DNA of 64,000 nucleotides from Eledone cirrhosa (taxonomy: Eukaryota). Positions 28,372-37,897 of the stretch are shown piece by piece. Location of the stretch: positions 146,692,001 to 146,756,000 of the forward strand of contig OZ024743.1 of assembly GCA_964016885.1 (NCBI GenBank), read 5' to 3'. The notes below the pieces were generated by a model, which was not told where the DNA came from, made no database searches, and worked only from the letters and a program-made list of their open reading frames with translations. A program made the position numbers and the translations under genes. Positions within the stretch are counted from its first letter, which is position 1; each line of letters starts with the position of its first letter.

Positions 28372-28430
28372 CACCCTTGCAAGCAGGGAAAAGCGGACGT
28401 AAAATGATGATGATGATGATGATGATGATG
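28372..28430 (+). mobile_element. RTE 3' stub with (ATG)n tail inside (TA)n
   Basis: cacccttgcaagcagggaaaagcggacgtaaaatgatgatg. Confidence 0.85.
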
Positions 28431-28489
28431 TATATATATATAGAATAGTCATAGGCAATAGATTAACAACATTATCTCTACCTATTACA

Positions 28490-29400
28490 ATCAGGACTAA
28501 GTAAAGAAAATGAGGGCCTTTCTATGAGGAACTACTATGGACAAGCTCAGTTACAGATGACAAACACTTCATCATTCTAGCTGGTGTATTCAATGGATAT
28601 GTTGGACTGCATCAACATGGCTACACAAGAGAACATAGTGGATATGGTTATGACTCAAGAAATGAAGAGGGAAAATCACTGCAAGAATTCTGTGATGCAA
28701 ATAAACTAAGTGTAACACTAACTTCAAGAAAGGTAAACACACAAGCTACATTTACTTTCTACATGTTAGAAAATGGGATAGACAGTTGGTTATGAATATT
28801 AAGTCTTTCCTCAAAGAAGAATGCACCTCAGAATATAAGTTAGTTATTAGTGATATCAGAATAAACACAAGAAATGCAGGAAAATCTGGAGGAGGAAAGA
28901 ATGGAACCTAATGTACCTCTCTGTTAAATATAAGTTCAGAAAAGCCCCACTTGATACATTTGTGAAGAAGTAAGAAGAATTAGATACATATGACAAAAAA
29001 GGCAATTGGATGTTTTTATGAGACAACCTACGTCACACTACTGATGAGACTTGTGGCTGGTGCAAAGCATCAGCCAGACAGAGGTAAACTGCTAAGAGAA
29101 AAGCTAGCTATAAGAGGGATTTGATGTAGTGTGCAGGAAAAAAGACTGCACTGGTATAGACAAGTGATGCATATGGATGATGATCATTGGATGAAGAAAT
29201 GCCAAGAAATCCCCGTAGAATGAAGCTGCAGTAGAAATAGACCTTGGCAGAAGTTGTGAGAGCCTAATCTCAAATCATTGAAGCTCACAGAAGAGATGGT
29301 GTAGAACTGTGATAAGTGGGAGGATGTTGTGCTGGAAAGGCTCCTGTCCAACAAATGCAAGCACGAAAAAGCAGACATAAAACAATCATGATGATAATAA
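28490..29400 (+). pseudogene. Old internally deleted RTE element (endonuclease part joined to the 3' end)
   Basis: HSGYGYDSRNEEGKSLQEFCDAN..TNFKK (RTE APE region), then DHWMKKCQEIPVE, matching 57275-57320, and a decayed tail. Confidence 0.7.
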
Positions 29401-29598
29401 TGTATCTATACATCTGTACGTGTTTATTTCTTCAATGCTTGTGATTAAGTCTGCTGCTCACCATACACAGAAATATTATTATGGCTTGAATTCTGAGTTG
29501 TGATAAAGTGAATCACCAGCTTAGCTTACATGAATAGAGTATCTAAGATGTGCATCGAGTCCTCTTTCTTATTTGTTAAACATACACAAAAAGAAAAT

Positions 29599-29666
<68 letters not shown>

Positions 29667-30646
29667 TATAAACTCACATGAAAAATTAGGGGTGAGAGAG
29701 GGAGATGTGAAATCAAGAAAAAAAGGGAGGGAATGAATGAGACTGAGTAAGAGAGAAAGACAGAGAAGTAGAGGGAGAAAAGAGAAGGAGAATAACAAAA
29801 TAAGTCAGAGGTTTAGAGCAGAATAGTTTTAAGTTTTAGATTTAGCAGTTTTAAATTAACATTTCAATTCATGAGGCATGTGAGAATGTAAACACAAGGA
29901 ATGGTCTGCTCCACCATCCCACTCCATGTTATCAAATATTGGCATCTGTTTATTGATCCTTTTCAAATCGTATTTAGTCATGTTATCAAAAGGTGCAGAG
30001 AGTAGAGTTTGGTGTTAAAGGGCGGGGTAGACACCAGTTGGGTTCATAAAATATTCAAGAAACAGTAAGTGCAAATGTGAAGAAGTTTTAACATTTTATT
30101 TTCTACATTTTTGAATTTTCATTGAGCAATGACAGTAAAGTGGGGGGGGGGGGGGGGGGTTATATTTAGTTTGCTTACATTTTTCTTGTTTCTTTAAGTT
30201 GTGTAAGGTTTACTTGCTGCTGTTGTTGTTGTGATTGTTGTTCTTATTGTTGTTCTTACTGTTGTTGTTTTGCCAACTTTCAGTAATAATTTATAAATTC
30301 TTAAGTTAACATGACCTTTTCAAATAATTATAGGAAATCAGTTTAGATATATAAATGATGATGAGAAAAAAAAAGATAAGGTACATAAAACAAGAAAAAG
30401 AGATGTAGATGTGTGTTTATGTATGTGTTATACATTTGTAAACACACACAAACATATATATAAATATAAATACATATAAACACATACATTATATATATTT
30501 ATATGTATCTATGCATATATATATACATACATATATATATGTATCTATCTATCTATCTATCTATCTATCTCTCTCTCTCTCTATATATATATATATTTGT
30601 ATATATATGTATATATATATATATATATACACATATATATATATGC

Positions 30647-30683
<37 letters not shown>

Positions 30684-30754
30684 CATATAGTACGGGTGTT
30701 TTTTTTACACATACGTTCTGCTATCTAGGCATAATATGTATATATATATGTATC

Positions 30755-30804
<50 letters not shown>

Positions 30805-30806
30805 CG

Positions 30807-30837
<31 letters not shown>

Positions 30838-31442
30838 GTGTGTATTTATCTATGTATGTGTATATATATATATATATGTATCTATTATATGTATCTATGT
30901 ATATGTATATATATATATATACATACATACATACATAAATACCATTTAACGTCTGTTTTCCCTGCTAGCAAAGGTTGGACAAACACACGCTTACATACAT
31001 ATATATTAGTTTCTATTTATTATTTAATTTCTTAATTATTATTGTTGTATTATCACTTTCCATTTTGTCGTTTTTTTTTGTGACAACCAGAAGATGGAAT
31101 CAGTTTTACTTTAACACAAAAATAACATGATTGATAATAAATTATGCAAACCGACACACATGTTGCATTATTTTGACCCATGTATTTTATTTATTGTTTT
31201 TCATTAAACCTTTTGAAATGTTTAGATTTTGTCTACCAATTTTTTCTCTATGTTTTAAAAAATAGATTGAAGACATTTTCTTGCTTTTCTAAAAAAAAAA
31301 AAGGGGGGGGGGGGGTCGAAAATCCCCCAAATTTAAATAGAACATACATAGATAAAAATACATATATGATTTGAATTAATTTTACTATTATCTTATTCCA
31401 TTTTTGATTTTTTTTAGTTACATTTAAAATGAAAACATATAT

Positions 31443-31500
<58 letters not shown>

Positions 31501-31590
31501 GTTGCTGCTGCTGCTGTTGCATATCATACTTCTGTTCTTCTTATCTTGAGCATTTTTTATTCTGATTTTCTGTTTAATATTTTATTTTAC

Positions 31591-31621
<31 letters not shown>

Positions 31622-31678
31622 GAATGCCATGGTTGACGGAGGCTCGGCTCTGTAAGGTATAGTAATGTTTAACCGTTA

Positions 31679-31809
31679 AAACAATTGTAAATTGTTTAAA
31701 ACTTGAACCAAATTGTTGATAAAGACACCCTCCTCCTCGTGAGAGGGGTCTTTCTGTCCGTTATTTGGCCCTTCGGGGTTAAATAACCAGTTATTAGGGT
31801 TTTGTACCC
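31679..31809 (+). promoter_or_regulatory. Structured 5' UTR: four consecutive hairpins, including a C(UUCG)G tetraloop stem
   Basis: aaacaatt/aattgttt; aaagac..gtcttt (31721-31753); gttatttggccc-ttcg-gggttaaataac (31760-31787); gggt/accc. All are retained in copy 2. Confidence 0.55.
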
Positions 31810-31836
31810 CAAATTTCATTTTAAACAAAAAACAAC

Positions 31837-33933
31837 ATGGCTACGAAAAAGAAATTTCATAGGTCACTCCCACTCATTCCGTCTTCTTCTTCCTCAATCA
31901 TCACTACAGCAGAGAGAAGATTGTCTCTCTCCCTCCCTTCTTTAAATGTGTCTCTCTCCCTCCCTTCTCTTTCGCAAGTGACGAAAGAAAAGAAAAGTCT
32001 CGTGCAAAGCGTGCAAGGTTTCTCCACGACGACGACGACAGCGACGAAACAGGTGTGCGGGAAATACGAAAACCCAGTTCATTCGTCTGACGTCAGGAAT
32101 AATAGCAGTAGCAGCCGTAATAACAACAGCAACAGTGACAATGAAAACAACAGTAGCAGCCGCAACAGCATCACCAGCAGCATAAACAACAACAGCATTA
32201 GCAGCAGCAACACCAACAACAACCACAGCAACAGCGGCGGAGGCAGTAGTCGTAGTACCTGCAGCAACAACAAAAGTACCAGCAGCTCTGACGACAACAA
32301 CAAAAGCAGAGAAAAACCAATCTCATTTGCAGGTATTGCGAAAAACTTGGAAACAATCCTCATAACAAATGAGGAATTAGAGGAAGCGAAGAAGATGGTG
32401 ACAAAGAACGGACACCGAGCAATCTGCAAGGCAGCGGAAAAATTTTTCGAAACCCAAGAGCACTGTACGGTCGCGTACCGTACAGTAAGTACAAAATCCC
32501 GTAGGGTGGAAAGAGCCACAGAGGCCCAAATACAAAAAGCCTTGGGGTCTGTGTGGCAGCGGAAAACGCACATCACCCGAGGCAAAAAATATGCCACCGT
32601 AGACGTACTTTTTGCCACACCCCAGGAGGCAAAGGCCCAATCAGTAGTGACCCTAAGGAGCGAGGAAATGGTGTTGGTGCCCTCCTACTGCGGGCAAAAA
32701 ATTGTGAGGGTCAAACTGACCCACGTCCCCCCCGGAATGACCCCTTCTTGGCTGGCCGCGTCTGTCCTCGTCGGAATCGAGGACAAAACAACTGTACTGC
32801 AAGTACAGAAAAAAGTAAGAGAAGATTGGGTCGGCTCCTCCATTGAGATGCTAATCCAAACCAACCAGGAGTGCATCGAAGCTATCCCGGATGTGATAGA
32901 CTTCGATAACGGCACTCAACTGCCCATAAGTGTTGAGGGCAAACGCCCGAAATGCTTTCGCTGTGGATCAAAGACTCACCTCAGGGCCTTCTGCAACGAG
33001 AAGACCCTGAGAAAGGAGAAAACCCCCCTCCTTCCGAATCCGGCTCCACGGCTACCAGCAACAGGACAAGCGGCAACCAGGAACGATAGGTCCGTGGCAC
33101 CCATACCCACTCCACGGAAATCAAAAACAGCAGCAGCAGTGGAAATATTAACAACAACAACAGCAATACCAAATGCAGCTGCAACAGATACTCCAGTGCA
33201 AACATCACCAACAACAATAAGTGAAAGAGTGGAGCTGGTACCCCTCCCCGACCTCACAGAATCAGACATGGAGTGTGAGGTGGGAGAGGGATGGCAAAAG
33301 GTCGCAAGAAGGCACAAACGCAGAAGCAGCGCATCGTCGCCTTTGAAAAGGGAGGAAAGAAATGAGAAAAGGGTAAAGTCTACTGCAAAGAGACCCACAG
33401 CAGCAACACCACCAACACCATCACCACCCACACCAGCACCACCATCACCACCGGCGACAACCCCACCGCCAACAACACCTTCAACACCACCACCACAAGC
33501 ACCAACATCGCAAACACAACAACAAAACACACACACCCAGCAACAACGACAAGAAAATAGCAGAACCACACCCCACCCTCAGAAAAACAAATGCACGGCA
33601 ATAAACACACACAACAAGAAACTAATGACTTACATAATTGAACACACAGACATTTCACAACAGGACTACATAATACCAGCACCAATCAAAACGCCAACTA
33701 ACATAAGACTGCTAAAAATAGCACAGAAACAATACACAAACATTAAAACGAAATTCCCCAACGCAGTTGGTGATTTCAGGGACCTAGGAGGAACCATCAA
33801 TCGAAGAGTATATTCAGACATTCTCTTAGAAGAGCCGACGACCAGCCGAAGGGACGATTCAACGGTCCCTTCACCAGACGATCAAGTGAAAAGGGATGTA
33901 AAAACCATCCCCCCTCTACCAAAAGTACGGTAA
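31837..33933 (+). CDS. Tx1 ORF1 nucleic-acid-binding (Gag-like) protein, 698 aa
   Basis: CFRCGSKTHLRAFC (C-x2-C-x4-H-x4-C knuckle), basic WQKVARRHKRR motif, and N/S-rich and P/T-rich linkers. Confidence 0.92.
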   Translation: MATKKKFHRSLPLIPSSSSSIITTAERRLSLSLPSLNVSLSLPSLSQVTKEKKSLVQSVQGFSTTTTTATKQVCGKYENPVHSSDVRNNSSSSRNNNSNSDNENNSSSRNSITSSINNNSISSSNTNNNHSNSGGGSSRSTCSNNKSTSSSDDNNKSREKPISFAGIAKNLETILITNEELEEAKKMVTKNGHRAICKAAEKFFETQEHCTVAYRTVSTKSRRVERATEAQIQKALGSVWQRKTHITRGKKYATVDVLFATPQEAKAQSVVTLRSEEMVLVPSYCGQKIVRVKLTHVPPGMTPSWLAASVLVGIEDKTTVLQVQKKVREDWVGSSIEMLIQTNQECIEAIPDVIDFDNGTQLPISVEGKRPKCFRCGSKTHLRAFCNEKTLRKEKTPLLPNPAPRLPATGQAATRNDRSVAPIPTPRKSKTAAAVEILTTTTAIPNAAATDTPVQTSPTTISERVELVPLPDLTESDMECEVGEGWQKVARRHKRRSSASSPLKREERNEKRVKSTAKRPTAATPPTPSPPTPAPPSPPATTPPPTTPSTPPPQAPTSQTQQQNTHTQQQRQENSRTTPHPQKNKCTAINTHNKKLMTYIIEHTDISQQDYIIPAPIKTPTNIRLLKIAQKQYTNIKTKFPNAVGDFRDLGGTINRRVYSDILLEEPTTSRRDDSTVPSPDDQVKRDVKTIPPLPKVR

Positions 33934-33968
33934 GTGGTCTTTCCCATATTTTCCACTCTATTTTAAAC

Positions 33969-36900
33969 ATGACCTCACTCAGAATAGGCAGCATAAATGC
34001 GCGTGGCTTGGGGTCGTCATGGAAGCAGGGTCACCTGCTCAACGACCTCAGGTCACTAAACATAGATGTAGTGGCCATCAGCGAGACCAGAATCTCCGAA
34101 GCACGGGCCTCGGCACCGATCTTCGGCGGCTACGATGTGTACGCATCTCCCAGCTGTCCTGGATCGGGTGGAGGAGTTGCTGTGCTTTTTCGGAGAGGTT
34201 TGGATCTCGCCATACGGGCCATCTTCCTGGACCCAGAGGGTAAGCTGGTGGTGCTGGACGTGACCAGCGGAGACGGGCAAGCTTTCAGGCTAGTGGCCGT
34301 CTATGCCCCGACAGGAGCAGGGCGGCCTGATTTCTTCCGGCGTCTGGAGACCTTTCTTGGAACGTCCCGCTCTTTAGTGTTAGTGGGCGACTGGAACGGG
34401 ATCTTAGATGCACGCTGGGACTGTGTGGGATTAGCGGATAGGGGTGGAGGGTGCAAGAGCCTCACCAACCTGCTCAGGCGTTTTGAACTGTCTGACAGGT
34501 ACCGATTGGATTTCCCGAATGTACCAATGTGGACTTGGACAAACCGCATAGGGTCATCCAGATCATATCTAGATAGAGTATTTTGTAGGGAAATAGATAG
34601 GTCTAGCATAGGCTGTCCACAATTCAAGATAGTCAGCTACACGGACCACAAATTCGTGATCTGTGTGCTTGACTTAGATAGGCTTCATAGACGAGGACCC
34701 GGCTACTGGAAGCTAAACGCGTCCTTACCAGCGCGCAAGGCCTACAGAGACCGGATTAGCGAACTAGTTAAGCGGGCGTTGACGGGGGCCATCGTCAACA
34801 ACAAGTGGTGGTTTGCTCTGAAAAGAGCGATTAGAATAGAATCGATTAGGTTTAGTAAGGCTTTAGCAATAGAGAAAAATAGAGCAGAGGGAGAACTAGT
34901 TAGAAAATTAGACGAGGCGCTTAGCAAAGGCATTGCGACCGACGTGCTTGCGGCGAAATTGGCCCTTGACCAATTCTTCAATGCAAAGCACGAAGGCTGC
35001 GTTGTCAGAGCTAGGGTGCGTGCTCTCAGACACGAGGGGACGAAAGCCGTTCAATGGGCCCGAGTGGCGGAGGCGCGTCGTGGCAACAAAGCGACGATCC
35101 GGTCTTTGGTGGACCACGACGGGCGCATGCTACTCGATCCCGGGCAAATGTGTGAAGCTTTTCAGCGACACTTCGCTCAGCTGTTCGGGGGCAGCGGGGG
35201 GCCGGGTAGAGGGATGGACTTTAGTGTCTACCTCGACGGACTGCCGCGGCTCTCGGCCACTGAGGCGAAGTGTTGCGAAAAGCCGATAACAGCCGCTGAA
35301 GTAAGGGAGGCAATGACTGGCTGCACAAGGGGTAAATCGCCTGGTTTGGATGGTCTGCCCTATGAACTTTACGTACAGATGCCAGACTTGTTCGGAGGCC
35401 TCTTGGCGGACGTCTACTGCAACTGGCAACAGAACGGGAGAATTCCCAGTTCTGTGAGCCGAGGAGCGGTGGCACTGCTGAGAAAAGATCCTAACAAGGG
35501 GGATAACATAGAAAATTTCCGGCCCATAACTCTGCTAAACACAGAGTTTAAGATTTTGGCCAAGGTGCTAGCAAAGAGGTTGGCGCTTGTCGTTGGTGGT
35601 CTGGTGGGAGAGGCGCAGACATGCGCCATTCCCGACAGATCCATCCACGACAACCTCCACCTCATGCGATACATCGTAGAGAGGGTAGCTAGGGAACCTG
35701 GCACGGGTGGGTCCTTGATCAATTTAGATCAGTCGAAAGCTTTCGATAGGGTCGACCATCGTTACCTAGCGGCAGTCCTGAGGGCGGCTGGCTTTGGGCC
35801 CGTCTTCAGAGGCTGGATCTCTGCCATGCACAGCGACATCTGCTCTGTGGTGAGAGTGAACGGTCACCTGTCGGAACCGTTCAACATCATGCGCTCGGTC
35901 CGCCAAGGATGTCCCCTCTCGTCCCTCTTGTACGTATTGACGCTCGAGCCATTACTGCACAAACTGGAGACGTTGAGGGGAGTCCCGCGCGAACTAGGAT
36001 GCGGAAGATCCGTGTCAGCATATGCGGACGATGTCACCGTAGTGGTGTCGAACGCCAAACACATCGAGGCGATCGGCACTACACTAAGAGAATACGAAGC
36101 GGTGACAGGAGCAATGATCAACCAGGAAAAGTCAGTGGGCCTGCAGCTCGGCACCTGGAGAGGCAGGTCCATGCCGTCCAACAGCGTCGTCGGGCGCTGG
36201 ACGGACGGACCGGTTAAATTGCTAGGGGTCTGGTTCGGTCCGGACCTCCAGACGGACAAAAACTGGGACGAGGTGACGAGCAGGGTGGCTTCTCTCACCC
36301 AGAAATGGGCGGAGAGGAAGCTATCCCTGAAAGGTCGAGCGGAGGTGGCTAACGCGTACATCGCGTCTGTCATCTGCTACCGCCTAACCGTCGTACCTTG
36401 TCCTAAGCCTCGCCTGACTGCGCTGGAGCGTTTGCTCTTTCGCTTTTTGTGGAAGGGACGTGCTCCGATGGTCAGGCGGTCCATCTGTTGTCAACACCCG
36501 CTACGTGGAGGGCTGGGCATGCCGTGGCTGATGATGCGCAGGCACGCGCTCAGGCTACGACATCTCCACCTCTTCCTCGACGGTGATCAGGTGTGGTCGC
36601 CGTTTGCTAGACGCGTTTTTCCCCAGCTCGTTTCCTTGACGGAGCTGCAGTCCTGGGTCAAGCGAAGACCGAGAGGGAGCGCCTGGAGACTGGAATGTCT
36701 TCAGGCGCTCACAGCCCTCGACCAATCGGGCAATGTGATCGGTGGAAACTCCACCTCGGCGTTCTATAGAGGATTAGTGGAGGGGAAGAGCGACGACGTA
36801 CTTGGGGAAACTCTAGGCGTCGACGAAAATCAACTAGCCAATCTCTTCGGAAGAACCTTCGGGCCAGGGCCTATGGACAACTTCCAGAAATCTCTGGCCT

Positions 36901-37388
36901 GGCAGTGCTACCGAGGAGCCTTGCCAGTTCGGGATAAACTCTACAGGCATGGAGGTGCCGTCAGCCGGGCATGTCCGAGATGCGCGCAGGGCGACGAAAC
37001 CGTCCTGCACGCACTCGTCCAGTGTCCGAAAATTGCTGACTTGTGGGTTTATGTCGAACACCTGCTGTCGCGTTTAGGACGGATCCAGCTATCATCTGAG
37101 TCTATCGTGAGGATTGCCCCGCCCTCCTCCTTTAGCCGGGAAGGGCAGGCAGTTTTTATCTGTCTGGTGGCCATGGCGAAAGAGATAGTATGGTGGACAC
37201 GTTTGAAAGGGCTGAAGACGAGCACTTACCTCTTCGGTGATGCTCTGATTGACTTTTTCAAATTTCATTTGAAAAGGAAAATCAGAGTAGAGAAGGAAGT
37301 GCTCTCTTCCCAGCATTTTGTTGAAAGATGGGTGAGAGAAGCAAGAATGGCCCGAGTGAATGGGCCGACTCTGAGTATATATCTGTAA
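33969..37388 (+). CDS. Tx1 ORF2: APE endonuclease, reverse transcriptase and CCHC zinc finger, 1139 aa
   Basis: SINARGL, ISETR, VYAP, GDWN, SYLDRV and TDH (APE). KSPGLDG, RPITLLNTEFKIL, DQSKAFDRV, RQGCPLS and YADD (RT). CPRC..ETVLH..C. Confidence 0.97.
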   Translation: MTSLRIGSINARGLGSSWKQGHLLNDLRSLNIDVVAISETRISEARASAPIFGGYDVYASPSCPGSGGGVAVLFRRGLDLAIRAIFLDPEGKLVVLDVTSGDGQAFRLVAVYAPTGAGRPDFFRRLETFLGTSRSLVLVGDWNGILDARWDCVGLADRGGGCKSLTNLLRRFELSDRYRLDFPNVPMWTWTNRIGSSRSYLDRVFCREIDRSSIGCPQFKIVSYTDHKFVICVLDLDRLHRRGPGYWKLNASLPARKAYRDRISELVKRALTGAIVNNKWWFALKRAIRIESIRFSKALAIEKNRAEGELVRKLDEALSKGIATDVLAAKLALDQFFNAKHEGCVVRARVRALRHEGTKAVQWARVAEARRGNKATIRSLVDHDGRMLLDPGQMCEAFQRHFAQLFGGSGGPGRGMDFSVYLDGLPRLSATEAKCCEKPITAAEVREAMTGCTRGKSPGLDGLPYELYVQMPDLFGGLLADVYCNWQQNGRIPSSVSRGAVALLRKDPNKGDNIENFRPITLLNTEFKILAKVLAKRLALVVGGLVGEAQTCAIPDRSIHDNLHLMRYIVERVAREPGTGGSLINLDQSKAFDRVDHRYLAAVLRAAGFGPVFRGWISAMHSDICSVVRVNGHLSEPFNIMRSVRQGCPLSSLLYVLTLEPLLHKLETLRGVPRELGCGRSVSAYADDVTVVVSNAKHIEAIGTTLREYEAVTGAMINQEKSVGLQLGTWRGRSMPSNSVVGRWTDGPVKLLGVWFGPDLQTDKNWDEVTSRVASLTQKWAERKLSLKGRAEVANAYIASVICYRLTVVPCPKPRLTALERLLFRFLWKGRAPMVRRSICCQHPLRGGLGMPWLMMRRHALRLRHLHLFLDGDQVWSPFARRVFPQLVSLTELQSWVKRRPRGSAWRLECLQALTALDQSGNVIGGNSTSAFYRGLVEGKSDDVLGETLGVDENQLANLFGRTFGPGPMDNFQKSLAWQCYRGALPVRDKLYRHGGAVSRACPRCAQGDETVLHALVQCPKIADLWVYVEHLLSRLGRIQLSSESIVRIAPPSSFSREGQAVFICLVAMAKEIVWWTRLKGLKTSTYLFGDALIDFFKFHLKRKIRVEKEVLSSQHFVERWVREARMARVNGPTLSIYL

Positions 37389-37649
37389 ACTAAAGGTGGA
37401 AAACTGGGAGAGGGCACTTGCCTTGGTGGTCAGGGTCATTGTGGCTTTTTACTGGGCTTTCTCCACAAATGTCCCTCCGAAGTCTCCCCCCTATTGGGGA
37501 ATTTTTCATTGTTATTTTCATTGTTATTTTTGTTACATCCTCTATTTTTGTTTTTTTTACACGCAGAAATGCCCATTTGTACCGTCCTGCATTGTCCTGC
37601 ACTGTCCTTAATGTCTACTTTATGTAAACCCTTGTGGTTAATAAAGAAA

Positions 37650-37684
<35 letters not shown>

Positions 37685-37897
37685 GAATGCCATGGTTGAC
37701 GGAGGCTCGGCTCTGTAAGGTATAGTAATTTTTAACCGTTAAAACAATTGTAAATTGTTTAAAACTTGAACCAAATTGTTGATAAAGACACCCTCCTCCT
37801 CGTGAGAGGGGTCTTTCTGTCCGTTATTTGGCCCTTCGGGGTTAAATAACCAGTTATTGGGGTTTTGTACCCAAAATTTCATTTTAAACAAAAAAAC

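Larger units (their letters stand above)
31622..37651 (+). mobile_element. Full-length Tx1-clade non-LTR retrotransposon, copy 1
   Basis: Starts gaatgccatggttgacgg directly after (ATT)9. Two long open ORFs, AATAAA at 37640-37645, then (ATT)11. Confidence 0.96.

Noticed and set aside
37865-37897. Longer 709-aa ORF1 start in copy 2
   Set aside because: It uses a TTG start in the 5' UTR and the frame is not shared with copy 1 (2-nt indel). The ATG at 37898 is the homologous start.
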